Assembly: GCA_950097015.1 (NCBI GenBank)
Contig: CATNEN010000030.1
Coordinates: 2,542,001-2,606,000 of the forward strand
Origin: Macrostomum hystrix
Lineage: Eukaryota; Animalia; Platyhelminthes
Length of the DNA: 64,000 bases
Reading direction: 5' to 3'
In this document: positions 23,825 to 35,400 of the stretch, in pieces
Numbering within the stretch: the stretch's first letter is position 1
Layout: every line of letters begins with the position of its first letter
Notes under the pieces: model-generated
Databases searched by the model: none
The model's input: the letters and a program-made list of their open reading frames with translations, nothing else
Told to the model about the DNA's origin: nothing
Made by a program: the position numbers and the translations under genes

Positions 23825-24105
23825 TCTGGAGGAGGGGAACATGAGCAGCTTGTGGAGGGGAACATGAGCAGCTTGAAGAAAGGTTATGAGCAGCTGGAGG
23901 AGGGGAACATGAGCAGCTGGAGGAGGGGAACATGAGCAGCTTGTGGAGGGGAACATGAGCAGCTGGATGAGAGGTTATGAGCAGCTGGAGGAGAGGTTAT
24001 GAGCAGCTGGAGGAGAGGTTATGAGCAGCTGGAGGAGAGGTTATGAGCAGCTGGAGGAGGGGACTATGAGCAGCTGGAGAAGGGTATTATGAGCAGCTGG
24101 AAGAG
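23825..24105. repeat. 22-bp array ATGAGCAGCTGGAGGAGAGGTT
   Basis: Direct inspection. Confidence 0.9.
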
Positions 24106-24398
24106 CTGGGGGGTAAGCTACTTCCACCAGTAATAGTACCTGGAGTAGAGCAAACTATCTGAGGTTCGCAGTGTCAACTTCTGTTTGTCAAAGATTTAGA
24201 CGAAGCAAAATGTGAAATGATGCAGAAATATGTCACAGCCTCCGCTTAACAGCTTAGGCGTAGTTTTAATTACGCTTAAGAAACATTTATTTTGGTTTCA
24301 ACCCTTTGATTGGAGTAATAGTATCGTTTTAGTATACTATCGAGTTAGGAAATTATTGAGGGTACATTATGATTCCGCGCTGTGTCCGCTCTTGATGT

Positions 24399-24876
24399 TC
24401 ACTTGCCAATGAACTCAGATAAGCGCTTCTTCACGTCGACATTTTCAACGCTTCGGTGTCGATCTAGATAAGCCGAGACGCGCTTACGGAAGGCGTTCAC
24501 AATTCTTCTGAGGCCAGAGTCATTGTCGCTGCTGCTCCGTCTACTGCCACGGATGAAGTACACGACGGGCACTTTATTTTGCATCTTCAGGCCATTGTCA
24601 ACGTCCTCCAGCGGCTCCAGAAGAATTTGATCTGCGGAAATCGTTGATTTCTAAATCTTACTAATTCCAGAAATGGTAGTCAATCACAATTGACTCAAAT
24701 ACCTTGGGTGTCAGGTTCACAATTAACAGTTGGCACAACTGTGAGCTGCAGCAACAGGCACAGTCCAAGGACAGCCTTGATCGTCGTTGTCGAACTCACG
24801 AGCACTGTAATGCAGTATTGTGAGCCGAAATGTAAACTTTAATTAGAATAAGACTCCCATTTTTAACGAACTTACT
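24399..24876 (-). CDS. Small secreted prepropeptide (111 aa), putative neuropeptide precursor releasing LSEFI-amide
   Basis: A at 24876 | intron 24875-24805 (GTAAGT...TTACAG) | exon 24804-24703 | intron 24702-24632 (GTATTT...CCGCAG) | exon 24631-24399. Protein: MLVSSTTTIKAVLGLCLLLQLTVVPTVNC-EPDTQDQILLEPLEDVDNGLKMQNKVPVVYFIRGSRRSSSDNDSGLRRIVNAFRKRVSAYLDRHRSVENVDVKKRLSEFIGK*. Signal peptide, multiple basic cleavage sites, and Gly-Lys at the C-terminus. Confidence 0.75.
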
Positions 24877-26104
24877 GATCCAAGTTGATGGCGAAATCGA
24901 AATTGCTTTTTTAACTGACAGGCTGACAATGATGGAAGCGAATAGGCAAATTTATACTCAGTTAGATCTCAGTCCAACCAATCAGATCTGAACTATCCGA
25001 TTTAGGAAATTCCATGCTAATTTCTGCGAAAATGTTGTAAAACAGCAGAAAAATAAGGGGCGGTAAATAACAGACAATCCTTTTTAATTCGCACCTGTGG
25101 CCATTTTAAGATGTTATTCTGCCGTATTGCAGCTCGAGACTCGTAGAGACTCCATTAAATTCATTTTGACCAAAACGGATGGAAGCAGGTGTATCTCGCC
25201 TATGTAAAATCCAATGAAATGATTATGAGCATTTTTTCTAAATTCCGTGTAGGCGGTTCGTGTAATCATTTTAGCAACAACTTCTATTGAAAGCCATGAA
25301 AAAAATAGTCTTTTTTGCTTTGAGTTACCCAAACTCGTAGTTAACTTTGGGTGAGAGTGAATATTTATTTAACTGACAATCAAAAAGTCAGGGCAGATCT
25401 ACATACCTGTGAGAATGCACATCTACACTTTTATTTTGACTCACTGTAAGTTATAGTAGTTTACTACAAAAAAAGATAAAATCAATAAATGTAAAGAAAG
25501 CCGAAGACCTGTATTGATATTTAATCGTGCAGAGTTCCGATTCGAGAATTTATATTATATTTAAGGCTTGGAACTGTGCAAAGCATTAACAAATTTTCTG
25601 TATGACCGAACCAACCCAGAAAGGAAATAATTGTCTTGTTTATACGCAATAAATTCCATAATTTTTTGTGTCCTACTAAAAATAAATTGTTTTAATTACA
25701 GGAAAATAGTACGTGACAGTTAAGAATTTAACTTATTAGCATAAAAATTATTATCTATCACTACTAATGAGGGTACAACTGTTATAACGAACTTCCTTAC
25801 TAGGTAATCGAGGGTAGCTAAGTGCTCCTCAACATGTGGTCAACAGCAGAGCTTTTGCTTCAAAGGTATTTAAAATATTGTCTCTTCCAAGCGCTTTGAG
25901 TGCACATTCAAATTACAGTCACTTATAGTTACGAGACAAGAAGAACTTTTAAGTACAGCTACATTTATACTCGTATATGTCAATCTTCAAAAAAAAATAA
26001 TAAAATTATGAGTACTATGGTGGATTAGTTGTTAAGTCGAATTCATAATTACGTTAATTTACTCTGCAGGCACTCCGTACCCAGCCCATTCTACACGCGT
26101 CATT

Positions 26105-26360
26105 ATACACCCACCTCAACCCACACCAACCTCACTCCACACCCACATCATTCAAAACCACCTCACTCCACACCCACCTCACTCCACACCCACCTCACTC
26201 CACACCCACCTCACTCCACACCCACCTCACTCCACACCCACCTCACTCCACACCCACCTCACTCCACACCCACCTCACTCCACACCCACCTCACTCCACA
26301 CCCACCTCACTCCACACCCACCTCACTCCACACCCACCTCACTCCACACCCACCTCCACA
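26105..26360. repeat. 16-bp array CTCACTCCACACCCAC (TRPM 3'UTR side)
   Basis: Direct inspection. Confidence 0.93.
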
Positions 26361-26419
26361 ACCGCGTAATTCAATAAAGAAGTCTTTCCATGCCCGTCCG
26401 TTTAAATTCCACCCGCTAT

Positions 26420-29400
26420 TCAGAAGAACGCCGCGTGCTGCTGCGCCACCATCTGCAGCAGGGTGTTATGCGATTGCCGCATCAACTTCCGATTGGCTAC
26501 ATCGATCCAGGCGATCCGCTCGCCGCTGCCGGCTTCTCGCAGGCTCTCCGTGAGCACATCGTCCTGGAAGTTGTAATTGAAGTGCTCGTGCAGATTTAGC
26601 AGGCTGGTCTCCAGCCAGGCGCAGTCACCGTTGACACGGTCGTTCAGCATTCCGGAGTAAACGAGGCTGAAAGTGGCCGCCGTGACCGCCTCCTGCTGGA
26701 TGTGCAGCCGCTTGGCGCTCAGCCGGCTAGCGTCAAGAGCATCGATGCGATCCCGCAGCCAGGCGCGCAGCACATTCTGCAGGGCGCACTGGCCGGATGA
26801 GCCGTCGCCTGCCGATGAAGCCGACGATGAAGCCGATGTGGATGCAGCGGAGATGCAGGTCGGCAGATTGTGCTTCACGTGGAACCAGGGCAGCTGCATG
26901 CCACCGCGCCTGTCTAGCACGGCTGCCGCTTGCAGAACCGGCCGGCCGGCCTTCTTGGCGATGTTCTGGCGATCGTCTCGTTTCCAGCGGGTCACGGCCA
27001 GGTGCACACAGTGGTTCGGGCCCCACAGGGGCAGTCGGCCCCGGTCCGGGACTCCAGCACTGCCACAGGGGTTCAGCGGACGTCCATCATTATCTAGCTG
27101 GTAGCTGCAAGTGGAAGTGAGGAGTGAGATGGGTGTGGAGTGAGGCGGGTGTAGAGTGAGGTGGGTGTGGAGTGAGTTGTATTTGGAGTGAGGTGGGTGT
27201 GGAGTGAGTTGTATTTGGAGTGAGGTGGGTGTGGAGTGAGTTGTTTCTGGAGTAGGGTCGATGTGGAGTGAGTTAGGTGTGAAGTGAAATTCTTTAGACA
27301 TTGATGCTACACAGTCTAATATGATTGGCAGCTGAAGCTCAGGGGTTGGCAAAGACAAATAACAGCCTTACCGTCCAGCGCAGGAGCCTCTGTGAAAGCC
27401 GGCGGCCGTATCAAATCCATTAAAGCCTCCCGCAGCGATGTTGTCCTCTTTATCCGGCCACTCTGTGCTGCGCCACGTGACTGGCCCCTCGGCCGATGCG
27501 TCCAGCTGGTAGGGCACCAGCCTAGCCATCTGGTGATGCTGGAGCCGGCACAGCCAGACCCGCGGCCGCTGCTCCTCCTCGGTGGAGTCGTCGCTGCCCA
27601 GATGGACACTGAAATCGTCGTCTGCAGGACTGGATCGTCTGGCAGCGTCAGCCAATTGCAGACGCTGGCCGCGAGAGCCGCCAGACAGGGTCATGGCCTG
27701 GCGGCGGTTGCGCTCATCCGACTGCTCGTACTGGTGCTGAATTATCGTCACCATCTGGGCGAGTTTAACGGCATGTACGAAGGACTTTGTGTAACCAGGC
27801 TTTGCACAGAGACACAGAGAATGCGGAGAGACAGAAGACCCACCTGGACAGAGTGGAAGCTTGATAGAAGACCCAACTGGGCAGTGTGGACGCTTGACAG
27901 AAGACCCAACTGGGCAGAGTGGAAGCTTGATAGAAGACCCAACTGGGCAGTGTGGACGCTTGACAGAAGACCCAACTGGGCAGAGTGGACGCTTGACAGA
28001 AGACCCAACTGGGCAGTGTGGACGCTTGACAGAAGACCCACCTGGACAGAGTGGAAGCTTGATAGAAGACCCAACTGGGCAGTGTGGACGCTTGACAGAA
28101 GACCCAACTGGGCAGAGTGGACGCTTGATAGAAGACCCAACTGGGCAGAGTGGACGCTTGATAGAAAACCCAAATAAGTAATATGGCTAGTCTTCCAGCA
28201 CTAATCATTGAAAGTTCACATATTGTTGAACAGAAAGTTACAACATAGGAATAATCGACCTCATAGTGCTTCTCTCCCATAGACTTGGCCAGGTTGGCAA
28301 CCATCTCGGTAAGCTCCTCGAGCCGGCGTTCCACGTTGTCGATTCGTTTGACATTCACCTCGACCTCGCGAATCGAGTCGCGAAACAGATCGCCCAGGCC
28401 CTCCTGCACCGAGTCAAGCTCCTTCTTCATGTTGGCTGCGTTGCCCCCGACCCCCCCTGCGCGCACAATGGTCCTTGTGTCCGACTTGCGCTTACGCTTC
28501 GGGTCGTCCAGGCCCCGGAGGAACTCAACGGCGCGAATGTGCTCCCACTGCATCAGCTGGCGCTCGCGCTGCTTGTTGCCTGAGTAGCTGCGCTCTGCAA
28601 TGGGCGAAACACTGAAATGATTCGTTAGAAAGCTAGACTTTGGTTTAACTACTAAACTACTAACTACTCAACTAAGATATTTTGCGGCGTGACAGTCGGA
28701 GGAAAAACTCGCCACCTACAAGCTCAACCCGAGTACTCCGCTCGCTAGATTCTTATCGAGCTTGAGACCGATATTAGACTTTCCTAATGATTCGGTATTA
28801 GATTCACACGAGGCACTCACTGAATGGACCATTTTCAAATACTCGATTGCCGCGACAGCGTTGCACCAGAACGTACAGGACAAAGACCAGGTGCCAAACT
28901 ATGATGAGAGGCGGCGCAATGGGACTTCGCTCGGTGTACTCTCGCATGATCATGTACCGCTGCAGGGTCCAGTGCTGGGTGCTGGAGCTTTGAATCTCCT
29001 CGTAGGTGTGCCTGTGGTTGGTGTGATGTCAAATTCGCACTAAGCAACAAGAAACACAGGAACAAACTAAATTGAACGATAGTATTTTCGCAGTCATATC
29101 GCCAATAGAACTCACGAAAAGGTGGCAATGAGCAGGTTCAGTAGCAGCACATTTGTCAGCACAATGTGAACACCGAGCAGGATGGGCGCGAGCCATTTTC
29201 CCCAGATGTCCGGGCAGCCGATGCTGTTTGTCTTGCAATTGTCGCCTTTTAGAGAAAAAAGTAAAAAAAAACTTGATACCAAAGTAGTGGGGTGAGTGGC
29301 AGAGCGGTTAACGCGTTTGCCACTGGCAACAAGGTCCCTGAGCTCGCCGAGAGAAGGCTTGGGGGCTTGTCGTGCAATTTACGCCCCTGAGGGCCAACCT

Positions 29401-32400
29401 CCAAGGCACAGTGAGAGTGTACACTGCTTGACAATGAGAAAGTCAGGGCAGATGTATACACCTATTCGAGCGTGTACCTACGTACAGTGTCTGTGTGCGT
29501 GTGTGCTCAGGAGTCAGTGAAATGGGTAGAATTGCCTCCTCGCTGGCTGCGGGTCTAGTGTCACCAAATGATGTGCCAGGTGTTCTGCGGCCCTCATGCA
29601 ATTACTATTGTTATTGATGCCAAAAAGTTAAAAATGTATTTTTGTTTATGCATTCAAAATTGGCTTCGCGCGTACATTGACACCAGAATGCACTCACTCA
29701 AGGTTGACACTGAAAAAAAGTGATTGGATGAAAATTCCACGTCAGTCAGCATGTTCCACTTAAGACAATATTCTGGCAGTTTAGCACCTGAGCACACTCA
29801 CCGTCTCCGGCCATCAAGTCAACTTTTAGTTCGCCAAACACCTGAAAGTAGGACGTCTTCATGATGTTGATGATCTCGCTCATCGCCTCAGCCACTGAGA
29901 GACTGCTCTTCGGAAACAGTATGCTGGACCACATGATGCCGTAGGCCAGAATGAATAGCAGGAATATTACCAGGAATGGCAGAAGGTCTTTCACGATCTG
30001 TGTGGGTTAAATTTCAGGTCTTTTCAAGTAGCCCGCGATCATTGTTTTGAATGGCACTGGGTCTTTGTAAAATGTGCTTTTGGGGGTCTGATTCAACGAG
30101 TTTTCAGAATTTTCTTGTTTTATCGGAAGAGGTTTCCGATTTTTTCTTAGTTCTGACTTCTGAGTAGTTTCCAACAGTTGGTTCTGAGTAGTTTTCTGGG
30201 GGTTGTTTTGAGTAGTTTTCTGTGATTTTTCTGAGTAGTTTTCTGGGCTTCTTTTTGAGTAGTTTTCAGGATTTCTTTTTGAGTAGTTTTCTGGATTTCT
30301 TTTTGAGTAGTTTTCTGGGTTTCTTTTTGAGTAGTTTTCTGGGGGTTGTTTTGAGTAGTTTTCTGGGATTTTTCTGAGTAGTTTTCTGGGCTTCTTTTTG
30401 AGTAGTTTTCTAGTTTCTTTTTGAGTAGTTTTCTGGGTTTCTTTTTGAGTAGTTTTCTGGGTTTCTTATTGAGTAGTTTTCTGGGTTTCTTTTTGAGTAG
30501 TTATCTGGGCTTCTTTTTGAGTAGTTTTCTAGTTTTTTTTAGTAGTTTTCTGGGTTTCTTTTTGGGTAGTTTTCTGGATTTCTTTTTGAGTAGTTTTCTG
30601 GATTTCTTTTTGAGTAGTTTTCTGGATTTCTTTTTGAGTAGTTTTCTGGGTTTCTTTTTTGAGTAGTTTTCTGGATTTCTTTTTGAGTAGTTTTCTGGAT
30701 TTCTTTTTTGAGTAGTTTTCTGGATTTCTTTTTGAGTAGTTTTCTGGGTTTCTTTTTGAGTAGTTTTCTGGGTTTCTTGTTGAGTAGTTTTCTGGGTTTC
30801 TCTTTGAGTAGTTTTCTGGGCTTCTTTTTGAGTAGTTTTCTGGGTTTCTTTTTGAGCAGTTTTCTGGGCTTCTTTTTGAGTAGTTTTCTGGGTTTCTTTT
30901 TGAGTAGTTTTCTGGATTTCTTTTTGAGTAGTTTTCTGGGTTTCTTGTTGAGTAGTTTTCTGGGTTTATTTTTGAGTAGTTTTCTGGGTTTTTTTTGAGT
31001 AGTTTTCTGGGTTTCTTGTTGAGTAGTTTTCTGGGTTTCTTTTTGAGTAGTTTTCTGGGTTTCTTGTTGAGTAGTTTTCTGGGTTTATTTTTGAGTAGTT
31101 TTCTGGGTTTTTTTTGAGTAGTTTTCTGGGTTTCTTGTTGATTAGTTTTCTAGGTTTCTTTTTGAGTAGTTTTCTGGGTTTCTTGTTGAGTAGTTTTCTG
31201 GGTTTCTCTTTGAGTAGTTTTCTGGGCTTCTTTTTGAGTAGTTTTCTGGGTTTCTTTTTGAGCAGTTTTCTGGGTTTCTTTTTGAGTAGTTTTCTGGGTT
31301 TCTTTTTGAGTAGTTTTCTGGATTTCTTTTTGAGTAGTTTTCTGGGTTTCTTTTTGAGTAGTTTTCTGGATTTATTTTTTGAGTAGTTTTCTGGATTTCT
31401 TTTTTGAGTAGTTTTCTGGATTTCTTTTTTGAGTAGTTTTCTGGGTTTCTTTTTTGAGTAGTTTTCTGGGTTTCTTTTTTGAGTAGTTTTCTGGATTTCT
31501 TTTTGAGTAGTTTTCTGGATTTCTTTTTGAGTAGTTTTCTGGGTTTCTTGTTGAGTAGTTTTCTGGGTTTCTTATTGAGTAGTTTTTGGGAGGTTCTTTT
31601 GAGTACTTTTCTGGGTTGTTGTGAGGAGTTTTCTGGGTCTTTCTGAGTAGTTTTTGGGGTTGCTTTTGTGTAGTTTTTGTGAAGTTTTAAAGCAAAAATT
31701 GTTCAAGATACAGAGCCTGAATAATAAATCGAACCATGTGTGACGCATGGGGCTTCAAACCTCACTCACCATATTTTGAATCATGACCACCTTGGGTCCC
31801 AGGCTGACGTGAATGGAGAACACCTGCAGAATGCGGATGTAAAATATGAACAGCGCGATGCACAGGCAGATTCTGCTCAGACGAATCAGCGTCTCCTTCG
31901 CGTTCTTCAGCGCCGCGGCGTCGGTGCCCGTGAGGAACAGCTCCTGCACCAGACTGTCCATTGAGCGCATGATGAAGAAGCAGCTGCCAATGAGGAACAG
32001 GGCTATGGCCACAATGTCCATCACATTCCACATGTCCGACACGTACGACCGAAACGAGGTGCCCGACAGTGCAGCCTGGCGGATCTCCTCCAGGCCGAGG
32101 GACACGACCCACACTAGCAGCAGCAGGTGGATCACCGACCAGTTGTCGATGCCGTTGTCAAACAGAAACAGCATCACGTAAGAGTAGATGCCCAGGAAGA
32201 TCAGGTAGGCCAGCTGGGAAAATTGAACAATTTGAGAATTTTGACAATCTCTAGAACATTGAGCGAGTACAAGTAACGACATTTGCTTGCCGAAGTGTGC
32301 TTTCAAATCGAAAACAAGCGTATTATTAATTAAGCATGCCAAGCCTTCACTGTTTGGATTTGGTAGTCCACTTGCACTGAGCAGATTCGCATTGAGGATT

Positions 32401-35400
32401 GAAAGTTCCGTGAAGGTAGAAGCGACATTCCTGCAAGCAGACTTCGGCAAGCAAATTTCTCGCAAGAAAGTTTCATAGAAACCTTCTGCTATCCTTTCTA
32501 GGTTTTAATCTTCTGTCTTATAGTCTATAGGTTACCTCGTCAGTTAACCTACCTCGTAACCCACGCTTAGTACATTAATTTTTCATCAACTAGTGATTCC
32601 TTCAAGTCCTCTTAACTGAACTAATTGAAAGTTCTTTATCCTAATTAAGTAAAGCTTTAAATAATCCTTGCCTCTGGTGCTTAATATGAAAATTAATAGT
32701 TTGCCGAATCAATTTTCTGTAAACATACTACTCACAGTAGAGTAGATAAACCGCACAACCGGAGCGAAGTAAAAGTCCAGAATGCGCGTAGCGAACTCTT
32801 TTGGTGCCAGACAGCGGCAGCGGCGCCTTCTGGAAATGCATTCACATTCACTGTTGCCCTATGCGGAACTGCTTAACTAAAAGCTATTAGCAGAGCGGTC
32901 AACTCGTCTGCCTTTCGTACCAAGGTCCCTGAGGCAGAGACGATGAGAGTAAGGGCAGCCCAGTTGTCTCAGATCGCCTCACCTGACCACCGGCAGCCGG
33001 TCTCCGGTCTCCGGGTCCACTTTGTTAGTCTTGAAGTTGGGCCTAATCGCCGCGGTGCTCTTGCGTCGGTTTCCAAAGGAGCTGACGCCGCTGACGCCGC
33101 TGCCGCCGCCAACCAGAGCCAATGCATTGTTTGATGCATCGGGGTGGCCCGCCGGTCCCGCCTCGTCCCGATCGTCGGCGTTGTACTTGATCACCAACGC
33201 CAGGAGCGGTGGGCACACGAGGCCGCAGCCGAGACCGCAGAAAAACTGCAGAATGAGACGGGGCGGGTCAGAGAGTGTTGGGATTTTGTTAGTTCTTAAA
33301 TCCCAGATAAGACGAGATTGCTTCCGCTCACCCTTAGCGCCCCATTCTTCTTAGTTGACAGGTTGCCCTTCCAGATGAGGTCCAGCATCTCCTGGCAGCA
33401 GCGGTGCGAGATGAACTTGATGGAGCCGCCCTCGGCCGCCAGCACAAAGCAGGTGCTCTGGCCATAGAAGGGCAGCTCGCGGACCAGGTTCTCCTGCGTG
33501 TTGCTCTGGTTGTCCCGGTAGCACTCCTCGAGTACACCCTCAGCGCGGGCCTCGAACGCGCTGGAAGATTTTAATTGAGATTGGCTACTATTAGTACTAT
33601 CTTGCAGATGCAAAAGTAGGAGACCTCTTTTGAGAACAGGAGTTCATGGTGTACCGCAGAAAGCGCATCCATAATTTTATCTCACAAACTAGATGTACGC
33701 CTAAATATGCACCATTTTTATCGACCGTCTACGGAGAATTTCACAATGTTTATTCTAGTAAAACTGAACACTGTTATGAGATTATTAAATAGCGCTTCAG
33801 AAGGCTGTGTACAGTGTACAGTGTACAGTGTACATTGTACTGTGTACTGTGTACTGTGTAATGTGTACTGAAGAGGCCGCGACACATCCAAACAATTTTT
33901 TGCCCAGGTGATGCTAATACCCATAGCTAGGTAGAATAAAGCACTAGGGAATGAAGCGCCTTGCTCAAGGACTCAAATTGCTCAAAATGGGTATCCTAAT
34001 CCCTCATCTATTCTCCCTCACTTTGCCAGCGCCTCCAGTTGCTCCTTCTCCGTCAGGTCGTCGCTGAACGCCCTCGCCTCCCTCAGCAGCATGGCCGCGA
34101 AGAGCGCCCCGGCGATGCACTCCTTCTCCAGGCTCCAGAAGAACTCTGCCAGAACTGTTCTCTGCGTCAGCAGCGACCACGTGAACAAGTCCAGAACGGG
34201 CCGCTCCATGCAGGCTGGGCTGCTCGAGTCTGTCTCCGGGTGAGTAGGGTTTCACAGTTTTGAGCTAAGCTAATGATGGCATAAAGTTCCATTTGGAAGG
34301 CATCTTCTTCCAAAAGCCGTCTGCAACCAATTTCTTAAAGTTGCCTCACCATAATATTTTAGTCTTAGTCGAATCTCACCTCCACCAAGGTCTTGGTCAC
34401 ACCTGCCCCCTTCTAGAGTCTTGGCCGCACCCCATCCCCCTCCTAGAGTCTTGGCCGCACCCCATCCCCCTCCTAGAGTCTTGGCCGCACCCCATCCCCC
34501 TCCTAGAGTCTTGGCTGCACCCCACCCCCCTCCTAGAGTCTTGGCCGCACCCCACCCCTCAAAAGTCTTGGCCGCACCCCACCCCTCAAAAGTCTTGGCC
34601 GCATCCCACCCCTCAAAAGTCTTGGCCGCACCCCACCCCTCAAAAGTCTTGGCCGCACCCCACCCCTCAAAAGTCTTGGCCGCACCTCACCCCTCAAAAG
34701 TCTTGGCCGCACCCCACCCCTCAAAAGTCTTGGCCGCACCCCACCCCTCAAAAGTATTGTTCGCACGCACTAACCAGAGTTCCTCCTATCCATCTCGTTG
34801 GCGCTGAATTTCACGTAAGATGAATTTCTAAAGCCTAATCCGTGTTGACTTTTTTGAGAATCTGAAATGATTTAATTCGAATTCGTAAGAAATACGTCGA
34901 AATTTTCCTTATTCTGCTTAACTAAAAGTACTCTTGTATAACTTAATCCAATAGCTTCTCGTAGTTCTCACTTCCAATCCTAAATTCCTTTTGAAACTCT
35001 TTGCTTAAGTAGAATGGCTTGTAGAATGAGCCCATCATGTGGAGCAGTACTCTGCCGATGTCTTCCAAACTGACGCGATTGACTCCCTGCGGAATATAGA
35101 ATTTCGCATAGATTTATGGAAGTAATTTCCGTGCTAAAATGGTACAAATTCCGTAAAAAAATAATTAGTTTTTTACCGTCTTGCCAACAGCAGCCTGCAA
35201 TCCGTTTCTAAGAATCCCGACAGTTTGAAACTGAAATCATTGATTTATGAAAAGAACTAATTTATCTGCTAGATCTGCCTCCAATCACCATGAGATTACC
35301 TACAACCACCTTAAAATTACATGCAATCTCCCTAAAAGTACCTAAAATTACCTAAATCTCGTTAATATTACCTTCAATCTCCCTAAGATAACCTTCAATC

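Noticed and set aside
29289-29350. tRNA genes
   Set aside because: The A/B boxes are SINE heads that continue into SINE bodies; no complete cloverleaf is present.
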